Origin: Planctomycetota bacterium
Lineage (GTDB): Bacteria; Planctomycetota; UBA11346
Assembly: GCA_038231435.1 (NCBI GenBank)
Contig: JBBRLJ010000005.1
Coordinates: 1-64,000 of the forward strand
Direction of reading: 5' to 3'
DNA: 64,000 nt
This document shows positions 7,837 to 15,519 of the stretch, one piece after another. The notes under the pieces are model-generated. The model saw only the letters and a list, made by a program, of their open reading frames with translations. It was not told the DNA's origin and did not search any database. Position 1 is the first letter of the stretch. Each line of letters starts with the position of its first letter. The position numbers and the translations under genes are program-made.

Positions 7837-8998
7837 CTTGCTCCCGATACTCGTCCGCGCCTCGCGAGTAGTGTTTGCTTGTTACCATCGAGGCGTGCCC
7901 CACCGCGTCCATCACGAGGTACGGTGTCATCCCCGTGGCCGTCAACAAGCTGGCGACGCTGTGGCGGAAGCAGTGGACGCTTCGTCCCATCGGCTCAACC
8001 CCGACCGTTCGCAGATACTGTTGCATCATCTCGTTCGATCGGTCGCTCGTAGACCTTCCCTCGACGGAGAATATCGGGGAGGTTCCGACTCCAGGGGCGC
8101 GCTGAAGGATGGCCTTGAGCTCTGGCTGGATCGGCGCGCGCACGTCCATCTCTGTCTTCGTAATCTCTGCCGGCACCCGGATGCGGTTAGCCTTCCAGTC
8201 GACCATACTCCAGGTGAGGGCGCGCAAGGTCGACGAGCGCAGGCCGGTGTACGCGGCAAGGACGGCGAACATCCACCAGGGTTCGTCGCGGTGGTCATCT
8301 GAGACGATTCGCCGCAGCTCCTCGATGGTGTAGACCTTGCGGAACCTCCTCGCCTCCTTGAAGAGGTCGCAGGCCTGGAACGGGTTGTAGAGCAATCGGC
8401 GCTGCTTGATGCCGAAGTTGGCGATCGTGCGCAGGATCAGGAGGCAGGAATTCTTTGTCCTCGCCGTCGACGGCTTTGGCTTCTTCTGTCCCTTCCTGCA
8501 TGCAGCCATCTTGGAGAGCCAATATTGGGTTCGCTCCGGGAGCGACGGATCCGCGAGGTCGTTGATCCCGGCGGCGATCGCCTTCGCCGTCGCTGTCCGT
8601 ACTTCTCGGATGCGAGATTCCGTGCGACCAAGGCTCTCAAGCCGGACGATGAACTGGTTGGCCAGCTCTTCGACCGTCGGGGTGGCAGCGGACTCCAACC
8701 CCAGGCGGACCTTCGCGGCCATGTTCGCGGCCCAGTCATCTCCCTCCCTGCATCCCGGGCCCCGACGTCCCTTGTCCACCTCATCATGCGGGAAGGTCTT
8801 GCGAACGTACTTCCTGGTCACCCGATCCCGGACGCCGTAGAGCCATCGGCCACCAGTCCGACCTCGGTCATCCTTGGTCCACTGGTCGAAGATCGTGATG
8901 CCGTCACGGCCTCGGATGCGCGCGATACGGGCAGGCGTAGCTGTTGCGGGCGGGGTATCAGCAACGAAAGCAGCCGAGACTGGGGACATGTCTTGCAT
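7700..8998 (-). CDS. Tyrosine recombinase/integrase
   Basis: YTGLR (R), ITKT (K), HCFRH (HxxR), VGHAS (H), SKHYS (Y); start uncertain. Confidence 0.95.
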   Translation of the reverse strand: MQDMSPVSAAFVADTPPATATPARIARIRGRDGITIFDQWTKDDRGRTGGRWLYGVRDRVTRKYVRKTFPHDEVDKGRRGPGCREGDDWAANMAAKVRLGLESAATPTVEELANQFIVRLESLGRTESRIREVRTATAKAIAAGINDLADPSLPERTQYWLSKMAACRKGQKKPKPSTARTKNSCLLILRTIANFGIKQRRLLYNPFQACDLFKEARRFRKVYTIEELRRIVSDDHRDEPWWMFAVLAAYTGLRSSTLRALTWSMVDWKANRIRVPAEITKTEMDVRAPIQPELKAILQRAPGVGTSPIFSVEGRSTSDRSNEMMQQYLRTVGVEPMGRSVHCFRHSVASLLTATGMTPYLVMDAVGHASMVTSKHYSRGADEYREQVKAEGWLEGEFFLKRMSPVNPIFCGQDEVACSPQGRRESPPFWPR

Positions 8999-9225
8999 GG
9001 TAGCTGGTCATCGTGCGCTCCTGTCGGAGATCGTACACGGCCGTCCCGGAGTCTCCCGGACGAGTCCCGCAGTGCCGGAACTGACCCGGGCCGCGCCTGG
9101 TTGGTTCCGCAAGCAAGGAAGCGCTCGCCAGCGAAACCCCACCGGTTCCCCCGGGGGCTGAGGGCGCCGACCCTAAAGAGCCCTCGGGAACGATCAGGAC
9201 GCGTGGGATCTCGTTTTCCCCGCCG

Positions 9226-9249
9226 CTGTTACACCAACTGTTAAACCAA
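9226..9249. promoter_or_regulatory. Candidate integrase arm-type sites
   Basis: Tandem CTGTTACACCAA / CTGTTAAACCAA between integrase and tRNA. Confidence 0.55.
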
Positions 9250-9296
9250 GCCCCGGAATCTGGAGTTTTGTGGGCTGCTCGCAGTGATCTCTAAAA

Positions 9297-9331
9297 ACGA
9301 AAAAACCCTGGCAAAACCAGGGTTTTTTCGT
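9297..9331 (-). terminator. Intrinsic (likely bidirectional) terminator after the tRNA
   Basis: Perfect 15-bp IR ACGAAAAAACCCTGG-caaaa-CCAGGGTTTTTTCGT. Confidence 0.85.
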
Positions 9332-9333
9332 GT

Positions 9334-9410
9334 TGGAGCGGGCGAAGAGACTCGAACTCTCGACCTACTGCATGGCAAGCAGTCGCTCTAGCCAACTGAG
9401 CTACGCCCGC
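9334..9410 (-). tRNA. tRNA-Gly(GCC)
   Basis: GCGGGCGTAGCTCAGTTGGCTAGAGCGACTGCTTGCCATGCAGTAGGTCGAGAGTTCGAGTCTCTTCGCCCGCTCCA; cloverleaf, TTCGA T-loop, CCA end. Confidence 0.97.
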
Positions 9411-9711
9411 GTGAGATCCCAAGCCTAAAGAGGGCTCCCGCTTGTCCAGCCTCTTTTGCGCAGACCGGGCTGTAAGTTGCGTAGGCCGGGGCGGTTGTGC
9501 AGGAGCGCGGAGGGAGACCGGGGGGAGGGACGACGCAGAGGTGCGAGGGTTAAGGAGCGAAGGACGGCGGGCGAATCGAGGTGTACGAATCACCGATTCG
9601 GACAACGGCCGCTCTACTCGGCGTGGCCTCGACGGGCCATTTCGTCCTGCTCGTCCCTGCCGATCTTGCCGGCCTTCTCCGTCCCGCCGACGGTCTCCCA
9701 CGGCTCCTGCC

Positions 9712-10320
9712 TCATCCATCCATACGTGGTGCCGAGACGAACCAATCGCGGCTTGGTTCGGTGTCGGGGATGACGAGGGGCATCTCGTCCATGTCGGAAT
9801 CGAAGTACATGCCGCCGAGCTCTACGTCCTGCTCAGCTCGGAACGAACATTCCACCCGCTGTTCGTCGATCAATGCTTTCGCGGACTCGAGCGGCGGCTT
9901 CGCGGTGGTGGTGACGGAACCGGCAGCCTCGGGTGGGGAAGACGGCGCGTCATGCGCGATCGTCGCGCCATCGGTAGTGCCCACGGCTGTCGCTGTGGGA
10001 GCCGGCAGGCCCAGGCCGTCCCCATGACAACCCGCTAGGGTCATGGCGATGACGGCGGCCAAGCCATTGGTGAGCAGCCGGCGTGTGTTCGACGGCGCGC
10101 GCACGCGGCCTGTCCGGTCCACGTTCGCGCGGATGCAGACGCGGACACCGCCACGCAGCTCGTCAGCGGCCTGGTCGAGGAACCTGACCGCCTCGCTCCG
10201 CTCCATGCGCGTCAGATCGATCACGGCCTTGCCGCACGACGCGCAGTGCCGGCCGCGCTGGCCGGGAATCATGGCGCTCCAGTCTTGCGAGCACGGCGAA
10301 GGGATGCGGTAGCGGAGCAT
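9712..10320 (-). CDS. Hypothetical protein with N-terminal Cys-rich domain and one TM segment
   Basis: IPSPCSQDWSAM..GRHCASCGKAVIDLTRM..VCIR motif. Confidence 0.7.
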   Translation of the reverse strand: MLRYRIPSPCSQDWSAMIPGQRGRHCASCGKAVIDLTRMERSEAVRFLDQAADELRGGVRVCIRANVDRTGRVRAPSNTRRLLTNGLAAVIAMTLAGCHGDGLGLPAPTATAVGTTDGATIAHDAPSSPPEAAGSVTTTAKPPLESAKALIDEQRVECSFRAEQDVELGGMYFDSDMDEMPLVIPDTEPSRDWFVSAPRMDG

Positions 10321-10431
10321 CGAGGGACAGACGTGGCCAACGCGTCTTGGTTCAGCGAGATCCATCAGCAATCCTGTCACGCGTGGCGTGAACCCGGACA
10401 GACGCCATGCGTTGACCAGCTGGAGGCCAGT

Positions 10432-10989
10432 ATGCCCGTACTCAGTCGTCGCCCCTGGCATCTCCTCGGATCCCGCCTGCGTCACGCGGACGCGGATCTC
10501 GATCTCGTGCCCATGATCGATTGCATCTTCCTGATCCTGCTGTTCTTCATGCTCTGCGGCCGCATCAGCATGAGCGATCATCCCGAGCAGATCACCGTGC
10601 CCCCGGGAAAGACCGCCCGCGTCGCATCCGCGGAGTGGCCGCGGCAGGTGGTGAACATCCGCGCCGCCAGCTACGGCAACACCGTCTCGCTCGCCGGCAA
10701 GGAGTATGCTACCGGCGATGACCTGCGGGGGTGGAGCGACCTGCGCGCTCAGCTCGATCTCATCTACGACCACGCCGACCGCTATCCAGACCCGAGATCG
10801 ACGCCGCGATCGACACAGCGGATGCTGCCGCGTGTCATCATCGAGATCCGCGCCGATTCCGACACCGCGTATCGCACCGTGATGGAACTCGAGCAGGTGC
10901 TCGCCGACACCCCCGGGAGGAGTGCCGTACCCTCGGAGCGCCGCCCATTCGTGGACCTCGAATATACGGTGAGGGACGTTGGGCGGTAA
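10432..10989 (+). CDS. ExbD/TolR-family biopolymer transport protein
   Basis: LDLVPMIDCIFLILLFFM TM; IIEIRADSDTAY. Confidence 0.85.
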   Translation: MPVLSRRPWHLLGSRLRHADADLDLVPMIDCIFLILLFFMLCGRISMSDHPEQITVPPGKTARVASAEWPRQVVNIRAASYGNTVSLAGKEYATGDDLRGWSDLRAQLDLIYDHADRYPDPRSTPRSTQRMLPRVIIEIRADSDTAYRTVMELEQVLADTPGRSAVPSERRPFVDLEYTVRDVGR

Positions 10990-11057
10990 TGAAAGGAAGG
11001 AAAGGGAGGGCGATTTAGGGGTGGAACACGGGCATCATGAGTCGCACATCCCGATCG

Positions 11058-11114
11058 TATCCGCTATCCGCTATCCGCTATCCGCTATCCGCTATCCGCT
11101 ATCCGCTATCCGCT
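11058..11114. repeat. Heptamer tandem repeat (TATCCGC)x8
   Basis: Counted directly; intergenic between convergent genes. Confidence 0.95.
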
Positions 11115-11144
11115 CCTTCTTCGATCCGCCACGTGCTCATCTTC

Positions 11145-11963
11145 TCACTCTCCCGCCGTTTCGCTTTCCACCACGTCCCTCCACCACCGCCTCAACCTCT
11201 TCCGCTCGGGCACATCGTACAACGTCCACTGCCCGCTATGATTCCTCCAGGGCAGATCGAGGAACGTCGCGGCCGTGGTCTCGCGTGCTTCGGCGAGCAG
11301 CGCGCGCGTCGCAGCGGTGCCCTCGGGCTGCTCGTGGCAGATGAATTGCGGGCGGCCGGCGAGACGGCGCAGACGTTCGAGCGCCGCTGCGCGGTCATCG
11401 CCAGCGTACCTCCAGGCGCGAACGCCGTCGTAGTGGCTCGAGGCCACGAAGCCGCGCCACAGCGCGGCGGTGGCGCGATCGCGCAGGCCCAGGTAGCCGC
11501 AGGCGATGCCGCCGCGCGAGAAGCCGCACAGCACGATGCGGTGCGGATCGGCCGCGAAGCGCGCGACCAGATCGGCAACGGCGGCACGGCAGTAGGCGGT
11601 GGTGGCGTCGGCATCGCCCCACCACTGCCGCGCATGGGCGCGTGCGACGGGATCGACGCACGGCAGCACCGCCCATATCGCCGAGTCGGGTCCGGCCAGG
11701 CCGAAACCGATCGCCGCGTCTTCCTGCAATCCCGTCGAGCGGTCCCCGCATGCGCTCAGGTGCGGGCCGTTGCCGGGATATTCGACGATCAGCGGCCAGC
11801 GACGATCCGGCCGCCACGAGGTGGGGAGATGGAGCGTGTGGAAGAGCGCGCTGCCCGCGTGCTCGGGCAGCACGCAGCGCACTCGGCGACCAGCGGCTGG
11901 CGCCGAATCCATGAGCGGGGGCACGACGAGATCGGGGGTCAGAAGCGAGAAGTCGATGGGCAT
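11145..11963 (-). CDS. Alpha/beta hydrolase-fold protein
   Basis: PLIVEYPGNG; GFSRGG nucleophile elbow. Confidence 0.7.
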   Translation of the reverse strand: MPIDFSLLTPDLVVPPLMDSAPAAGRRVRCVLPEHAGSALFHTLHLPTSWRPDRRWPLIVEYPGNGPHLSACGDRSTGLQEDAAIGFGLAGPDSAIWAVLPCVDPVARAHARQWWGDADATTAYCRAAVADLVARFAADPHRIVLCGFSRGGIACGYLGLRDRATAALWRGFVASSHYDGVRAWRYAGDDRAAALERLRRLAGRPQFICHEQPEGTAATRALLAEARETTAATFLDLPWRNHSGQWTLYDVPERKRLRRWWRDVVESETAGE

Positions 11964-12011
11964 CGGCTGCTGAAAAGGGGTACAGTGGCAAGGGTGCAGA
12001 GGCAGGTGGCG

Positions 12012-12440
12012 TCAGAAGGGTTTGACGATGACGAGGAGGATGATCGCCGCGAGGAGGGCGAGAGGGACTTCGCGAAGGATAGCGAAGGAGCGCACAGAGC
12101 GCGAGTTGCGGTCGAGGCGGAATGCGCGGACGGTGAGGCTGCACCAGCCGTGGTAGGCGATGACCAGCACGACCAGCGTCAGCTTGGCGTGCATCCAGCC
12201 TTGGTGCTCGTACTGGCTCCAGCCGGTGGCGCCGATCTGCGCGACGCCGAAGGCGATGGCCAGTACCGCGCCGATGTTCATCAGCAGGTGCAACTGGCGC
12301 TCGAGGCGTACGAGCGCCGCTCTCGCCCCCGCGTCCGTGACGCCGGCGTGCTGCGCGAAGACCCGAGGCAGGACGATCAGCGCCGCGGCCCAGATGATCA
12401 CGGAGACGAGGTGCAGGGATTTCAGCAGCAGGATCGGCAT
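12012..12440 (-). CDS. hemJ: Protoporphyrinogen IX oxidase HemJ-like (CopD family)
   Basis: KSLHLVSVIIW..LPR..ERQL..WMHAKLTLV..YH..EVP..VIVKPF. Confidence 0.85.
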   Translation of the reverse strand: MPILLLKSLHLVSVIIWAAALIVLPRVFAQHAGVTDAGARAALVRLERQLHLLMNIGAVLAIAFGVAQIGATGWSQYEHQGWMHAKLTLVVLVIAYHGWCSLTVRAFRLDRNSRSVRSFAILREVPLALLAAIILLVIVKPF

Positions 12441-12557
12441 GCAAGGGGAAGGTAGCCAGGAAGGGGAGACGAGGAAGGTGGGAGGGTGGAGACCGCATGA
12501 TTACCACGCCGCTCTCGCTTTTCTTGCCGCGCCTCCGCTGATCCTGCACCCTGCCCC

Positions 12558-12962
12558 ATGTCCACCCAGCACGACGTCCGCCGCCTCGCTCTCGCTCTCC
12601 CGGACGTGGCCGAGGATGTCGGCCACTTCGGCTTCTCGCTGATCGTCGCCGGCAAACGCAAGGGCCTGGCATGGGCGTGGCGCGAGCGCATCGATCCGAG
12701 GAAGCCGCGCGTCGCGAGCAGTACCGTCATCGCGATCCGCGTCGCCGATGTGGGAGAGAAGCAGGCGATCCTCGCGTCCGACCCGGAGAAATTCTTCACC
12801 GAGCCGCATTACGACGGCTACCCCGCCGTCCTGGTCCGCCTGCGCGCCATCGGCGTGCGCGAACTCGGGCGCTTGCTCACCGGCGCGTGGCAATGCCAGA
12901 CGCCCAAACAGACGAAACGCTCGGACCGCCGCGAGCAGCCGGCATCGAAGTCCAGGCGTTAG
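12558..12962 (+). CDS. MmcQ/YjbR-family protein
   Basis: VRRLALALP..DPEKFFTEPHYDGYPAVLVRL. Confidence 0.85.
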   Translation: MSTQHDVRRLALALPDVAEDVGHFGFSLIVAGKRKGLAWAWRERIDPRKPRVASSTVIAIRVADVGEKQAILASDPEKFFTEPHYDGYPAVLVRLRAIGVRELGRLLTGAWQCQTPKQTKRSDRREQPASKSRR

Positions 12963-13209
12963 CATTTCCGCTCGCGGCGGGCGGCTTTCTGTCTGCTTCG
13001 CTTTTCGCTATCCGCATTCCTTTGTGCGCTCCGGGCTCCTGTCGCTGATCCCCGGTTCTGACGTCCCTCGTTCGCTAACCCCCGCATTCACCCAGGGCGC
13101 CGTTGCCGATTGACCGCGCTTTCCACCGAAGTCAATTTTGACCTGGCAGCGGCCATGATCATCGATTCCGCCCTGAAAAACCGACGCATCCGCTGACAGA
13201 CGGAGCCAC

Positions 13210-13770
13210 GTGTCCTCCCGCCGCAGACTCGATGCCGAGCACCCTGGCTACGACCCCGGCGCCTGCGACGCCGATGGCCGCGCTCAGTGCCGGCGTTGTC
13301 TCGGAGCATTGCCGCATCCCCACGCCATGTTCTGCGGCCCCGCCTGCGAACACGAGTTCCGCATCCGCTCGAGCCCGGCCTATGCCCGCCACGCGGTGTA
13401 CCGTCGCGATCGCGGCGTGTGCATGCACTGCCGGCTCGATTGCGGAATGCTCGATCGCATCATCGCGCGGTTGCGATCTCCAGATGCGAGCGCCGCCATC
13501 GAGCGTGACGCCATCGACGTGCACGCCGGCCCGCGTGTCGAGGAAGCCGCGAACGATGACGGTGAAGGAGCCGCGCTGTGGTTGATCGAGGAGCTGGGGC
13601 TCGGCAAGAGCAAGCGCTGCTGCTCGCTATGGCAGGTGGACCATCGGGTGCCGTTCAGCACCGGTGGGGCCGACTGCGGGCTCGGCAATCTGCGGACGTT
13701 GTGCCTGGAATGTCATAAGGCGCAGACCAAGCAGATGCATAGGCGGGGGAAGGCGGAGCGGCAGGAGTGA
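13210..13770 (+). CDS. HNH endonuclease, ZRANB3-type
   Basis: CxxC pairs; WQVDHRVP..GG.DCGLGNLRTLCLECH. Confidence 0.85.
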   Translation: MSSRRRLDAEHPGYDPGACDADGRAQCRRCLGALPHPHAMFCGPACEHEFRIRSSPAYARHAVYRRDRGVCMHCRLDCGMLDRIIARLRSPDASAAIERDAIDVHAGPRVEEAANDDGEGAALWLIEELGLGKSKRCCSLWQVDHRVPFSTGGADCGLGNLRTLCLECHKAQTKQMHRRGKAERQE

Positions 13771-14010
13771 TGAGCGGTGGAGGCTGGCTGGAAGGGACGT
13801 AGAATAATGGACGCACTCGTTGTTGGCATTCGAGCAAGAGTTGTCGGTGAACCTCAGCGCACAACATCTGCGTCCGCGTTTCCATCGGTCTTCCCTTCTT
13901 CCTTGTCCGGTCGTCCTCTTTTCTCACGCTCGTGGCTCACCGTAACGGGTGACGGGACGAACCTTGAGGAAGTCGTCCTCACGTGCGCTCATGAAGAGGG
14001 GACGGATGTG

Positions 14011-14316
14011 ATGCAAGAGGCGAAGAAAGAAGCAACCTCGACCTCCTCCTGCGCCACCCATCGCTCCCGGCTTTTCGCGGCCATGGCGCTCGCGGGTGCA
14101 ATCCTGTTCCTCGTCTACCCGCTTGCCTACCTGGCTTGTTCCAACTTCCATCTCACCGAGAATCGGACCCTGTGGAGCTACCGTTTCCTGCCCAAGGGCA
14201 TACCGCTCGTACTGTGGTGGCCAGCGGGATGGATAGAGTCGCGGTGTCGCGGCCAGTCGCTGGAGATCGCGATCAGGGATACCCGGGACTATTGGATCAT
14301 CCATTGCGCCCAGTGA
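14011..14316 (+). CDS. Hypothetical membrane protein
   Basis: One hydrophobic segment; start uncertain. Confidence 0.4.
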   Translation: MQEAKKEATSTSSCATHRSRLFAAMALAGAILFLVYPLAYLACSNFHLTENRTLWSYRFLPKGIPLVLWWPAGWIESRCRGQSLEIAIRDTRDYWIIHCAQ

Positions 14317-14470
14317 TGCCGTGGGACTCATCAAAAACCGGAAGTGCACGCAGTGTCGAAAGACGCCCGCCTGGGGAAGTATCATCCGCGACCGTCCGGT
14401 ATACACGGATGCGGGCGAACGCGTCGTCAGCCGCTGAAGCGCCCACCGTAGACCGCGACGCTGCGATCGA

Positions 14471-14722
14471 GTGTCTCGCAGCGGGTCTGCGGATCGACAT
14501 CACCAGGACATCTGCCTTGAGGCGCTATCCGGCATCAGCGATCAGTTGACGGAAGGTCTCGCCGCTTTGGACCAGCTTTTGGCGCCACCGGAAGGCGATC
14601 CCACGTGGTTCGAGGATGCTCGCACGATCTTCACCCATCCGCGCTGGCAACAGGTGCGGGCACTCGCGGCGGAGCTGCTGCCGCTTGTGACTCGAGAAGC
14701 GTGGAGCAGTCCCAGGGACTGA
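14471..14722 (+). pseudogene. Fragment of a small acidic helical protein (immunity-like)
   Basis: LAALDQLL..FTHPRWQQVRALAAELL; no convincing start. Confidence 0.3.
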
Positions 14723-14767
14723 CGGAGAACAGGTCAACGTAGGGATGGGAAAGCGTTCCGCTTTCTG

Positions 14768-15385
14768 CTACTTCTTCTCTGGCTTGTCGGTCTTTTTATC
14801 TCCGGGCTTATCTCCCGCCTTCTCCTCCGCCGGCTTGTCCACCGCCACCCCGAAGACTTGGAACTCCATCACCGCTGGCCAGAACCATTGCTTGTCGCGC
14901 TCCGGTGCATCGGTCAGCGTGAGGCGCACGTAGCGCGCGACGGCGAGGCCCATGTCGGCGTAGGCCGGGTCCTCGGACGCATCCTTGTTCTTCGACTGGT
15001 CCGAGAACATCGTCCAGTGTTCCTTGTCCGACGACACCTCGACGGTGTAGCTGTACCAGATGTTCGGCTTCTCCATGTAGGTCATGGTCTTGATCAGGCT
15101 GTAGTCGGAGCCCAGATCGACCATCAGCCAGGTGGGATACTTCGGGCCGTTGCACCAGACCGTGGCGGCGCCCGTCCACTTGCCGTCGAACGCTTTCTCT
15201 GGTCCGGAGTCCTTGCCGGGCTTGACGTCGGTGGAGTACGAGGCCGCGGGCAGGCCTTGCGAGAGCAGCTTGAGTTCGGTGGCTCCGGCCGGCGCGGCGA
15301 GGCACATCAGCGCGGCCAGGAACGCGAGGCCTGTGGCGATACCAGTGATCGGGGCGCGTCGGTTGGTCGGTGCGGTGGTCGTCAT
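14768..15385 (-). CDS. Secreted discoidin (F5/8 type C, CBM32-like) domain protein
   Basis: Signal peptide; PEKAFDG..WC..WLMVDLG..ARYVRLT..EFQVFG. Confidence 0.85.
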   Translation of the reverse strand: MTTTAPTNRRAPITGIATGLAFLAALMCLAAPAGATELKLLSQGLPAASYSTDVKPGKDSGPEKAFDGKWTGAATVWCNGPKYPTWLMVDLGSDYSLIKTMTYMEKPNIWYSYTVEVSSDKEHWTMFSDQSKNKDASEDPAYADMGLAVARYVRLTLTDAPERDKQWFWPAVMEFQVFGVAVDKPAEEKAGDKPGDKKTDKPEKK

Positions 15386-15519
15386 GGCGATCGAGTCCCT
15401 TATTTCCAGCGAGGTGCGCGGCGTGCTCTGCGATGCGCTTGGCACGCGCCTTGGCGATGAGGCCTCGCCATGAATGAGCGTCATCAGGTTGAGCGTGGGC
15501 TTGATGCAGTACAGGCGCA

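Larger units (their letters stand above)
3672..9371 (-). mobile_element. Phage-satellite-like integrative element at tRNA-Gly
   Basis: Integrase next to the tRNA 3' end, divergent regulator/xis, primase-helicase, terminal core-like sites. Confidence 0.8.

Noticed and set aside
9172..9432. CCTAAAGAG repeated on both sides of the tRNA as an att duplication
   Set aside because: Only 9 bp, and it brackets the tRNA rather than the element
11037..12455. 472-aa ORF with YPLSAIR repeats
   Set aside because: Translation of the heptamer tract, antisense to two real genes
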